Shown here: one piece after another, positions 49,101 through 57,624 of the stretch
Numbering within the stretch: position 1 is the first letter of the stretch
Layout: each line of letters begins with the position of its first letter
DNA from: Nemertoderma westbladi
Lineage: Eukaryota > Animalia > Xenacoelomorpha
DNA length: 61,125 nt
Direction of reading: 5' to 3'
Assembly (NCBI GenBank): GCA_032718475.1
Contig: JAUCBJ010005067.1
Coordinates: forward strand, 1-61,125
Made by a program: the position numbers and the translations under genes
The notes under the pieces: generated by a model
Told to the model about the DNA's origin: nothing
Database searches by the model: none
What the model saw: the letters and a program-made list of their open reading frames with translations, nothing else

Positions 49101-52100
49101 CTCCTCCCTACTTCCCGACACACCAACCCGCCTCTTCCCTAAGTCTCTCCTCCTTACTTCCCTTATCCACTAACCCGCCTCTTCCCTAAGTCTCTCCCCC
49201 CTACTTCCCGACACACCAACCCGCCTCTTCGCTAAGTCTCTCCTCCCTACTTCCCGACACACCAACCCGCCTCTTCCCTAAGTCTCTCCTCCTTACTTCC
49301 CTTATCCACTAACCCGCCTCTTCCCTAAGTCTCTCCTCCCTACTTCCCGACACACCAACCCGCCTCTTCGCTAAGTCTCTCCTCCCTACTTCCCGACACA
49401 CCAACCCGCCTCTTCCCTAAGTCTCTCCTCCTTACTTCCCTTATCCACTAACCCGCCTCTTCCCTAAGTCTCTCCTCCCTACTTCCCGACACACCAACCC
49501 GCATCTTCCCTAAGTCACTCCTCCGTACTTCCCGACACACCAACCCGCATCTTCGCTAAGTCTCTCCTCCCTACTTCCCGACACACCAACCCGCCTCTTC
49601 CCTAAGTCTCTCCTCCTTACTTCCCTTATCCACTAACCCGCCTCTTCCCTAAGTCTCTCCTCCCTACTTCCCGACACACCAACCCGCATCTTCCCTTAGT
49701 CACTCCTCCGTACTTCCCGACACACCAACCCGCATCTTCGCTAAGTCTCTCCTCCCTACTTCCCGACACACCAACCCGCCTCTTCCCTAAGTCTCTCCTC
49801 CTTACTTCCCTTATCCACTAACCCGCCTCTTCCCTAAGTCTCTCCTCCCTACTTCCCGACACACCAACCCGCATCTTCCCTAAGTCACTCCTCCGTACTT
49901 CCCGACACACCAACCCGCATCTTCGCTAAGTCTCTCCTCCCTACTTCCCGACACACCAACCCGCCTCTTCCCTAAGTCTCTCCTCCCTACTTCCCGACAC
50001 ACCAACCCGCGTCTTCCCTAAGTCTCTCCTCCTTACTTCCCTTATCCACTAACCCGCCTCTTCCCTAAGTCTCTCCTCCCTACTTCCCGACACACCAACC
50101 CGCCTCTTCGCTAAGTCTCTCCTCCCTACTTCCCGACACACCAACCCGCATCTTCCCTAAGTCTCTCCCCCCTACTTCCCGACACACCAACCCGCCTCTT
50201 CGCTAAGTCTCTCCTCCCTACTTCCCGACACACCAACCCGCCTCTTCTCTAAGTCTCTCCTCCTTACTTCCCTTATCCACTAACCCGCCTCTTCCCTAAG
50301 TCTCTCCTCCCTATTTCCCGACATACCAACCCGCCTCTTCCCTAAGTCTCTCCTCCCTACTTCCCGACACACCAACCCGCATCTTCCCTAAGTCACTCCT
50401 CCGTACTTCCCGACACACCAACCCGCATCTTCCCTAAGTCTCTCCTCCCTACTTCCCGACACACCAACCCGCCTCTTCGCTAAGTCTCTCCTCCTTACTT
50501 CACTTATCCACTAACCCGCCTCTTCCCTAAGTCTCTCCTCCCTATTTCCCGACCCACCAACCCGCCTCTTCCCTAAGTCTCTCCTCCCTACTTCCCGACA
50601 CACCAACCCGCCTCTTCCCTAAGTCTCTCCTCCTTACTTCCCTTATCCACTAACCCGCCTCTTCCCTAAGTTTCTCTTCCTCTTCTAGTTTCGCGAGTTT
50701 TTCCATTATATCCGGGTCTATAAAGTCGGCCACGTTGCGGCCATTCCAAATCTCAGGGATTTTATCGTATCTCTCCTCTTCGGGAACATAAAGCCAATGT
50801 TTCTGTAGATCAACTGTATACTCATCGCCTAGGCAAAAGCAAAAAAAAACAGAATTAGGGAATTATGACTTCAATGTAAAACTCAATATTAATGGTTGGT
50901 AATCCGATCCCTTCAATATTGTGAAGAAATAAATACCCAGACTCTAAGAACCGAGGGGTCGAACTAAACTTAATGATACAACAGTTCAATGGAGAAAAAC
51001 CGTCCGATTATTGCTCTAAATGCTCCACTATTGCTCCAAATAAACTAAAGGTAACTTTTCACCAATCGAATCGTGCAAAGTGTTGAGAAATGTTAATCTG
51101 GGAGCTGGTGGGTGTGTAGTTCAACAGAAGAGCGCATCGGTTGTTATTGTTCTATAAGAAACTGAATCTATAATTTTTAATTGTTATTGATGTAAATAAA
51201 CACCTTCGCGCAGCACGAGACTACACACGTACCAAGTTTGGTTTAATTTAGCAATGATTTACCGACTTATTTCGGTTTTTATCAAAAGTCTGCAAACACC
51301 ACAAGTCCAAACAAATTGTTGGGGAATTCGTGAAATGTCAAATGAATTGTTTCGCCAATTCTAATAGCTTCAACTCCATCTGGTTGCCTTACCTTGTTCA
51401 GCCTCTATATCTAACTCAGTGCGTTTCTTCGGCAACTCGCCGCTCGCTTTCAACCGTCGCCGAGTAAGAACTGCATCGGGAATACAAGGGGGTCTCTCCT
51501 TGTCGTCCCGCGGGGTTGGCATGGCGACGTGCAAACGATTTAGAATGTCGTCGACTCGTTTAGTTCTGAGTTTCTGTTCGACTCGGTAGGCGAGCAGACG
51601 ATCGCAGCATTGGTCCCGGACCGCCATAACGCCCTCCTCCGTTACTGCACTCATACCGACCAATGGGACGCCAGCTGCTTCCAACTCCTCTAACAATGCT
51701 CGCTTCTCATTGGGCAGTTCCTCTAAAGGGATAATATCGATTTTATTCGCAGCCACGACTAGTGGTTTGTTCGAGAATAAAGGTTTAATAGAGTTCAGAA
51801 GCGATATTTGCTCCTCTAAACTCGTGGAACAATGCTCGGAAACGTCGAGAACAAACAGAACGCAGGCTCTGAGGTGGGCCAATGAGGTGATGGCCTGCAT
51901 TTCTATCGTATTTCTGTCCTCCAATGAGTGATCAAGAATTCCAGGAGTATCAACAACCTGAAAAATATCAAATTCCGTTTAAAAATAAGTCAATAATTTA
52001 GGATATTCAATGCATTGGTAGTTATGTTTGTTACGATAGAAACCGACATACGAACCTGCCATCGGAGATACTTGTAGTCGAAATGACCAATGAAGAGACT

Positions 52101-55100
52101 CTTTGTGGTGAACGCGTAAGGCTGGACATCGACATCGGCCCGGGTGACCTTGTTGAGGAAACTCGATTTACCGACGTTGGGATAGCCGCAGAGCAGAATG
52201 GTTCGAGTGTTGGGATCAATGGAAGGCAACCGGGACAGATGTTGGCGAACCTGTAAATAATAGTTTATTTGTAAATAACGCAAGTTGTGGTGAATATCAA
52301 GTTTGGGTTGGGGGATTTACTGAAATGGTTTGATATTTAGGGGGTGAGAGTCAATTAAATGACTATTTATTATTCTCTACTTATTCTTGCTAGTTTTATT
52401 TAATTACACAATGGCGCATAATTTACCTCAAATTTGCGATAAGGGATCTTCCAATAAATTAATAACGAATTCGGAATTATATAATCCGATAACCGACAGC
52501 AGAGGACAGACAGGAGACAGCAGACAACCACCGACAGTAAACAACAAACAACCGACAGCAAACAACTGGCAAACGACATCAAACAACCTACAGCCAACGA
52601 CAGACAACATACAGCCGACAACCGATAGTAGACACACGTCAACAGACAACCGACAGCAGACAACTGACAGCAGACAACCGACAGCAGACAACCGAGAGCA
52701 GACAACCGATAGCAGACAACCGTCAGCAGACAACCGACAGCAGACAACTGACACCAAACAACCGACAGCAGACAACTGACACCAGAAAACCGACAGCAGA
52801 CAATCGACAGCAGACAACCGACAGCAGATAACCGACAGCAGACAACCGACAACTGACTGTTGGTTGTCTGCTGTCGCGTAACGATTACACCCGGTTACAG
52901 TTTCATTAATGCCGATATTTTACTCTATCATCCCGATTATACTAACTTGCTCCAGGTACTGTAAACTCTGGTCCTGTCGTCTCAGTATCGTAGCCATACG
53001 TCCCAATGCGGCCCGTTTCAGTTGTTTGCACCGGTACAAACTATCTCCGAACTTCATTAATCGGCAGTAATCCTTTGCCACGTTGTCTACCAATGTGCGA
53101 GCCGTGTTTACTTGACCTAAAACGTAAGGTAACGATAAGGAATCCAATCATATCTGGGATGTGTAAATATTTAGAAGGGAACTCGCATTAGATTAATTTG
53201 GTTTATACTCGTAACAAGTAGCTATGAGATAGGCCTACCTACCCATATTTCTACAACGTTTTTGAGAATTTTAAACTACCGGCTGAACGGTATTCGATTA
53301 TTCTAAGTACAGTAAGTCTACTTATTTCCAACAAAATCAAGTATAATATAGGGGATAGGCCTACCATATGTTATAACTTTTTTTGGGCACAGCTTTGCAA
53401 AGTCGGCAATGACTAGATTCGGCAATGACTAGACTCGGTAATAGCATATAATATAATATATATATATATATATATATAATTCTTTAATAAAAAGCATATT
53501 TTTGCATGCTGAAATGGATGCACAAACTAATAAAATAGACATACAGTAAAATATCGATATGCATCGAAAACTAAAATAATTAATGATATGTGTATCGCTT
53601 CAAATTTGGTTCATATAGAGTATTTAACCAGAGCTTTAAGAGTTACAGGTGATCTAATATACATAAAATCGTCAAGTTGCGCAACACCATAGGCGGACAT
53701 TGTAGCTCTTAACAAAGTCGATTGATCTAGTCTAAGAACACAATCTAGTAGAAAATGCGATTCGGATTCAGGCTCACCACATAAACAGGCACAATCATCA
53801 ATGTCACCATATCTGCTTCTCATAAGAGCCAGGTTGCCCTGACCGAGCACCAAACCGAGAATGAAGGATTCATGAGCTCTACCACAGGCTAGATTTATGG
53901 GCGTAAGTGACGGCAGCTGGTTTGTTTTGATCAGAGAATCGTTCAAATTGAGAGACTTTTTCCATACATCCTGTGTATATATTTTCATTTGTCCTTGAGT
54001 GTAGTGCAATTGCCGTGAGTCTATATTCTCGATTTCAATTAAACGACTAGATCTCTCATTGTTTAACCACGCAATATATGTTTTCACATCGTTCAAGTGT
54101 GAGGCAAAACTGTTTTTTAAGGACAGTTCGGAAATCGCTTTCAACGACATTGTAATGTCTTCCGATCTCGACAATGATTTCAACAGATATTTGGTCCTGA
54201 TTACCTGACAAAATATTTCGGGAGGCGGAATGCCACATATCACTTCTAGTTTATTTCTGTGAGGGTTATATAAAGCACCAACAGATTGTTTTAGCATTAT
54301 GCCCCATAGATCATTAAGAATTTTTATGGCTTCCCGATTCATCCATACTGGTGATGCATACAATAGTCTTGGTAGTAGTACCGACTGTATTAGCTTTGTT
54401 GCTGCTAGTAGGTTTATTCCGCTGGATGGCTTCACAAATTTACTTATGAGATCCCAAATACTCCAGAATTTTTGCAATAGTGACCTGAGATGAAATTCAA
54501 AGGACATATTAGAGTCAAAAATGACTCCAAGAATTTTGGTCTCATGAATATAGCTACATACACTATTCCCCATGACTATTTTAGGTAAGGCATCATAGTC
54601 AATGTGAGGCATGTTTATTAGACATGCATAATATAATAACAAGTATAATAGTATTAAAATACAAGTATAAAAAGCAACGCATGTATTTATTAAAAAATAC
54701 AATTTATTATCAAGTACCGGTAGCAAATAGCACGTAGATTTACAATTATACAAACGACAAGACGTCGATTGTAGCACGATATACTATAAGAAATCTGATC
54801 GAACGTAGTTATACATTATCTGATTATATAACCATAGCCTACGGTCAGACGGTTATAGGCCTAGATAATTTTATTCACGGCACAAGTTTTGCTACTACCG
54901 GTACCCTACTGGTTTACTACCTATTTACTTTCTGACATTATTATTTCCTTCTACCCACTCCAGCCTGCAGAGCACTCACTACAGCACTACCTAATCTAAC
55001 CGGCAGACCGGTATGATTTCAAAATTACCATTGTCAAATTTTACTTACCGAGAGCTAATTTGTAATGATCTTTATCGTAGAGAATATTCATGAGATCAGC

Positions 55101-55340
55101 ATAAAAGGGATGAATGTCGTTAAGTTTGGGAAACTCTGAAACAACCATACTCAGCCGATCGTGAATGTTCTGTTGTGTGAACTTCACTTTCTTGATATAG
55201 AACTGGCGTATTCGGGATATCTTGTACGATTTGTGAATGACCGTGGCCGTTTTCCTCTGCGTTTTGGATAGAATAATATCGATAAAGTCCTTCGAGTTAG
55301 GGACAACGGTAATCTTCTTAAAGTTGTAGGTTTGAGCCAT
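24927..55340 (-). CDS. GTPBP4: Nucleolar GTP-binding protein 1 (NOG1/GTPBP4), 8 exons, 632 aa, spanning 30.4 kb
   Basis: complement join of 55049..55340, 52947..53116, 52056..52250, 51393..51957, 50655..50828, 48710..48852, 37650..37799, 24927..25136 = 1899 nt. All junctions are GT-AG and in phase. Motifs: [86 protein letters not shown]. Confidence 0.95.
25681..26721. mobile_element. Putative non-autonomous DNA transposon with 17-bp TIR and 9-bp near-TSD
   Basis: aaggacaactctactac (25681-25697) and its perfect reverse complement (26705-26721). Flanks ggttacagg / gattacagg match at 8 of 9 positions. Confidence 0.55.
27265..27446 (-). mobile_element. tRNA-derived SINE
   Basis: On the minus strand: A-box-like tatctcagttggttgagcg, B-box-like ggttcagccc, then actcagcctgtcatcc..ggggtcgataaaatgagtaccag (recalled as a conserved metazoan SINE core), then an A/C-rich tail. 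Confidence 0.7.
27982..28881. mobile_element. Non-autonomous TIR element related to the 19148-19862 family
   Basis: Termini G-run+gtatacccccc / ggggggtata+C-run. Flanks tgaa / ttaa. Shares internal motifs (ataact..a.aact.aaagag, gcggttttcagatttg) with the 19 kb element. Confidence 0.75.
30126..32567 (-). CDS. DUF4062 + NACHT-like P-loop NTPase (TEP1/NPHP3-like core) with C-terminal Cys-rich PHF5-like domain; single exon, 813 aa; nested in NOG1 intron 7
   Basis: First ATG at 32567. [35 protein letters not shown] and SITHMEI fit DUF4062. Walker [10 protein letters not shown], Walker [14 protein letters not shown] and GNPFWL fit the NTPase. Five CxxC/H pairs at the C-terminus. Confidence 0.88.
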   Translation of the reverse strand: METKEELMNRVRLSWATIDKQISSGRADAPPLRRPSRERWGVLRFFISSTFSDMFNERELIIKTVLPELREYCESRRLRLYETDLRWGVPKDTNADETVAICLDELEQCYSETDGDPYFLCLLGGRYGWVPQPHLLSPEIKSRFDWVDNVSITHMEIIRGALRTKSSKNCFFALREEDFMKDLPVDVAKKFEEGVISSQHQFNELKSRLRTQFERSGQLVSYKPSVASVVDGNVVLKGMDSLANDVLSFFKRAIDKEFPEVIKEPVEVNYLESSPHIDHISKKSEFVIGVDEEIVSALNFLLKDEINKKLLVKKKSEDSVTEDDEYEPHACKCPLVINGGPGMGKSTLVAEVCRRLSECTTHEVFYHFVGCNTLALEINTLFGRLCEYLGVEYIPHQNVDYSDFKNKLFDNIDPAKKYVIVIDAANELSDSQITQHMLWLPSKIPHNVSILISTTTEGLTPSKILFSSKIIWSLNLTEFKETSKTELVNHFFRRFNKKLDRSQQIALVTRKGAGNPFWLSIACEELRVFGIFEKLTERICDLPDSLEDLLKQVILRIIAEDITGFIKDILCYVACAKGGLDVVELKLLLGDIDNNIPAPGLKFIIAKRRISTFLRNASSYGTPDKIFLRHRSVANVTRSLFLSTQDAAFPYHKKLSTYYYQHCKTMFVVQQELPHHLMQSNQKGLLLKFMRSDHRSFNMNLMQRQMIMSKLRCTTAVQTAMPQMCSKALLCQFCQSRPGIFKPGGGCSKDACVLCGNNVPFSQESGAWLCMKHKYPPKQDRCIGCNKFAPKSVPAKLCRHCGIGLTKCCAISV
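34627..36636 (+). CDS. TRAIP: RING-H2 E3 ubiquitin ligase, TRAIP/NOPO-like; single exon, 669 aa; nested antisense in NOG1 intron 7
   Basis: N-terminal CIVC...[24 protein letters not shown]...IQRIYFD matches the TRAIP RING signature. A coiled coil and a disordered tail with PIP-like QDIRSF follow. Confidence 0.75.
   Translation: MDDSATIGLPDIGFKCIVCIQQFITTDHITATYCGHFFHHDCLNKWVSKSRTCPACRTKITSNKVIQRIYFDVSSSPAVPCESIESLKVRSAELTAVQDRQETEISSLKAKNSVQKLQLEEEIKTRDSCERYNANLDLSICNQNHIIDRFRGKVKEREKCLSEIKILKAKLNEEGYSEFNNIIEAQSRLDITDYKSSKTNVKSQVSFCLEVKNETNSLLESKKKVDEAIIKLIGISDNNKTRRERLSREVDAKRKEVTALKTRGSFETKKLNQVKTELSELESRIKELTVVDNPSNNRVSKRRQAPLVNEYLEVKKLKLISEPSGNQTPLLSLPCKSSTNYVSYHRPNLIRETIPNLLNPKTTDHIPNLSMPNTVPLLPLKATSSKSKSGLSKENKQKNLLQKYSEVHRPKREGILETPSTYRMNKKGTSNNTAEANGNATNLIEQSNPSFLEATGKEVREKRVERRVVSRNNMEPECPDSPCFSDFDETIDAVVYDDAADENLMNDLKEAAEVEKILKDLDEDDVISASTFVPMETIPECDTEKESASKRSTNSRNVFKIINPENLAVPEGKVRPLSIREAVPAKKRPAKSVHKSKSQDIRSFIPKTNPIPVIKKPGLIKSNSDIRTLFGRVVNINDQENVEFRNKSGGPSEGDNDSVIVIDDLIVID
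37650..37799 (-). CDS. GTPBP4: NOG1 exon 7
   Basis: Acceptor ttatttcag, [18 protein letters not shown]...[12 protein letters not shown]...RSR, donor gtaagt. Phase 0/0 fits the neighbouring exons. Confidence 0.85.
37840..38232. repeat. Tandem repeat, 30/31-bp unit (cattaggtgttagcccactccagtggtataa), ~12 copies
   Basis: Directly visible. It ends ~40 nt upstream of the NOG1 exon 7 acceptor. Confidence 0.95.
38720..39304 (+). CDS. Three-finger (Ly6/uPAR, Quiver/sleepless-like) protein, probably GPI-anchored, 194 aa; nested in NOG1 intron 6
   Basis: Hydrophobic signal peptide, IDCYQC, SRGC, terminal CNSPFCN and a hydrophobic C-terminal tail. Confidence 0.85.
   Translation: MTMTLRSTNNWPLLLSFIQSVIFLILITRIASQTVAPADPIDCYQCQWCYGNNDHFCMNKTGESSESCKNESIPDGPVTKCVESRCYYIAMKIGGTLVTVSRGCLEDNKELLGVASADIPDDDIDQCVELVDNPDSRFRLGSSTSSMCMCYRFCNSPFCNAEAVDTSGGSQPLYSFLLQGLVAFYFIYCAVIRG
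39604..39827. mobile_element. MITE, 224 bp, with 9-bp TSD (Mutator-like)
   Basis: TIR ggg..gtaaaacgcggatccggatcc / ggatccggatccacgttttac..ccc. TSD gtcttagga at 39595-39603 and 39828-39836. Confidence 0.85.
40143..40820 (+). mobile_element. Second, TIR-less copy of the 19148-19862 element
   Basis: High similarity to 19202-19834, with an AT-rich insertion at ~40445-40500. Confidence 0.9.
41704..41981. mobile_element. MITE (TIR cccatgtgaagaataccagg), copy 1
   Basis: 20-bp inverted repeat at ~41759 and ~41980, plus an extra upstream TIR-like copy at ~41708. Near-identical copy at 47769-48038. Confidence 0.8.
44141..44753 (+). pseudogene. Orphan multi-pass membrane protein ORF split by a frameshift near 44260 (pseudogene, micro-intron or sequence error)
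   Basis: MSSLYQ...APIVTAIV continues in the next frame as [28 protein letters not shown]... with ~3-4 hydrophobic segments, ending in TAG at 44753. No family recognised. Confidence 0.5.
44717..47120. repeat. Tandem array of a 42-bp unit (gtacaagagatagacaccagcacagaccgcgtatagaggttc) with 46- and 37-bp variant units, ~57 copies
   Basis: Directly visible. The first unit overlaps the last codons and stop of the 44141-44753 ORF. Confidence 0.97.
47175..47405. mobile_element. MITE with TIR gggggaaact.gac.caa
   Basis: Inverted termini ggggggaaactcgacacaa / ttgcgtccagtttcccccc. Related shorter copy at ~40007-40131. Its interior is shared with the 39604-39827 element. Confidence 0.7.
47769..48038. 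mobile_element. MITE (TIR catgtgaagaataccag), copy 2
   Basis: Direct-orientation homologue of 41704-41981. Confidence 0.8.
48710..48852 (-). CDS. GTPBP4: NOG1 exon 6
   Basis: Acceptor gcctag, [26 protein letters not shown]...PVMPRR, donor gtaagt. Confidence 0.92.
48880..50682. repeat. Tandem array of a 46-bp unit, ~39 copies, filling NOG1 intron 5
   Basis: Unit ctaagtctctcctccctacttcccgacacaccaacccgcctcttcc, with a variant containing ttatccactaac (9 copies). The terminal unit overlaps the exon 5 3' end. Confidence 0.97.
50655..50828 (-). CDS. GTPBP4: NOG1 exon 5
   Basis: [12 protein letters not shown]...[38 protein letters not shown], donor gttagt. Confidence 0.93.
51393..51957 (-). CDS. 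GTPBP4: NOG1 exon 4
   Basis: [29 protein letters not shown]...NKID...[22 protein letters not shown]. Confidence 0.96.
52056..52250 (-). CDS. GTPBP4: NOG1 exon 3
   Basis: [30 protein letters not shown]...YLRWQ. Confidence 0.96.
52490..52876. repeat. Degenerate 7/14-bp minisatellite (acagcagacaaccg) with a short inverted copy at its right end, in NOG1 intron 2
   Basis: Directly visible. ggttgtctgctgtcg at ~52862-52876 is the reverse complement of the unit. Confidence 0.92.
52947..53116 (-). CDS. GTPBP4: NOG1 exon 2
   Basis: [41 protein letters not shown]...YLEQ. Confidence 0.96.
53459..54625 (-). mobile_element. 5'-truncated non-LTR retrotransposon (RT thumb + C-terminal Cys/His knuckle) in NOG1 intron 1
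   Basis: [55 protein letters not shown]. attaaa then a (TA)n tail at ~53455-53490. TSD-like gcat(at)aatataata at 53444-53458 and 54626-54638. Confidence 0.88.
55049..55340 (-). CDS. GTPBP4: NOG1 exon 1
   Basis: [31 protein letters not shown]...[21 protein letters not shown], donor gtaagt. Confidence 0.96.
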
Positions 55341-57624
55341 GATCGTAATGTCTTATTATTATTCTATAGGCCTACACTGTATGCAGGTATGTTATGTCAG
55401 TATGTATACTAGTAGGCCTATACACTCTGAATCGGATGTCTCATGATCAGATGATCTGATGTACCGGTACCGGTACTTACTGCTGTAATGTCTTAGCCTA
55501 CTCCAGTAGGCCTACTGTAACGTCAACCTCATACAAGTAGATTATACATACAATTGTAACTTTCAAATACTGTTAAGAATGTTATCCACAGAATGTACCC
55601 ATCGGCACTATTCAAAGCTTTGACATGTCAACAAAATAGTTTATACAGTAGGATCTACATGAAGACCCCCCGTGATATGAAAACGTGTCCTATAAAAACA
55701 TCCAACTGTCAATTAAATGATATTATATTTTCGTTCATCCATTGAAAAATACTGAATGTCTGGTTTCAAAGAACTTGACAGAATTACAGAATTAACTTCA
55801 GATAAAAATAATCCTACCCTTTCGTCATAGCATCCAATCACAACAACATTTTATATGTCCAAATGTTATAAAAGGATAACTTTGTTAAACAGAGAAACGG
55901 GTTTTTTTTGTTACATCATGATGATTGTTTAGGTTTTGTGTTGTTAGTCTTACTTGGGTTCAAGGGTGGGTGCAGTGTTTGATTATAATAGACAGCTTCT
56001 AATAGACAAATTCTCAAGTTTATAATATCATTATACTGTACGTCCATATTATATTATACTTATCGACACATTGATTGAAACTCTGAAGTTTATTTTAACC
56101 CAGTTTCCCCCTGATCCGCGACATATCGAATTCCCTGTCACATGCAAAACCCTTCTTCGCAATATCCTCAATTCATTGACACATACATATTTTACATAAT
56201 CTTTTATTATATCGCTCATCGATTGTCTCCCATGGCCGAACTACTGTACGCTGGGACGCGCGTGACGGCGTTTATTGGGTGGGCTTTTTGGTTGGTTGAA
56301 TGGATGGAGACGAAACTCTCCCGTTTTTGGCAGACTCTACTCCGTCCTTGTCCCGCTCACGTCACACTACTGTGCTCCTACAAACAGACAGACAGACAGA
56401 TTTAATAATTCAATACCCAGATACCGGTCAGCCCAGTCAGCCGGTAGTCTGGTAGTTAATCAAACGGCGTGAAGGAGCGGCAGTCAGTGCAAGTGCAGTG
56501 GTACTGCGGTAACAAACACCAACCCAGTCCCCTGCCTGCAGCCGCCCTCAAGAGAGGATTGGGCTGCCTTGCTAGCACTTTACTCTCATATCAGCTTTGC
56601 TAGGCCTGAACTGCTAAAAGGAATATTCGAATCACTGTGTGATTTTGACACACAACATGTTGCGGCGATCACAAAATACGCATTAACGTAAGCACGCGTA
56701 CAATTGGCCTCGAGATAGCGATACTTTAAGGTTGGAGAATGTATGGTCACTTTCAGATATTTCAACCTCTAGCGGCAGAATGGAGAACAGCAGACGTCTA
56801 CTGTATGTGTCTCTGCAAAAAGGCAGCCTTTGCAATATTAGATACCTGCAAAGTTTAATCTTAAACGGATTGTAAATAACAAAGTTGGAGAAGATTTTCA
56901 CTTTAAGACAATTCGCGCTCTAGCGGAAGACGGGGGAACTTTAGATGGCTTGGAGTATTACGTTGCAAAGAGTTAGGACCAGATCTTTCTAACAAGCTAT
57001 ACTGCTATATAGTAAGCGATAGATAGCCAATTACAAAACAGACAGACACACACACAGACAATTGATTTTTATATACAGTATATTCGATTTGGCTAGAAGC
57101 CTGGCAGCTGACAGCTTTCTAGTACAAGTGTAGATTTTATTTGAATATGCGTGGAGAAATGTGTGACAGCTTGGAAAACTGCATACTGAACAGACACCAT
57201 CATAAGATAAAACACATCAACTTAAGCGGATTGTAATTGTAAATAACAAAATTCCGAGAAAAGAAAATGTTCACTTTCCGACATTTCTCACCCTCTACCT
57301 GCTGACTGGTGAATTGCAGACGGCGCTGCACTTCTCTAAATATCTCTGGGACGGACTGCGACTTCGTAAAGATTCAGCCTATGCTGTAGAATATGCCTAT
57401 CAAGTTAACGTGCTATATAGTATAGTAAGCGAGGTTTCTTTCACTTTAAGACAATTCGCCTATCTAGTGGCAGACAAGAGAATTTCAGATGCCTCTTGAG
57501 TATTTTGAGCGTACAGGCAAAATGTGGTTAAACTATCATAAAGTAAGATCTGGGAATTATGCTATGAATCAACTTTTTATCTGAAATTAATCTTAACAAT
57601 CTATCTTTAATTTAATTAAATGTT

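Noticed and set aside
52387-52852. Cys/Val-rich and Thr/Gln-rich ORFs
   Set aside because: They are translations of the intronic minisatellite.
56520-57110. Possible Helitron/Helentron-like non-autonomous element (acagacagac tract, hairpin-like ctcaagagagg motif; similar motifs near 3050 and 42300)
   Set aside because: Termini could not be defined from this window alone.
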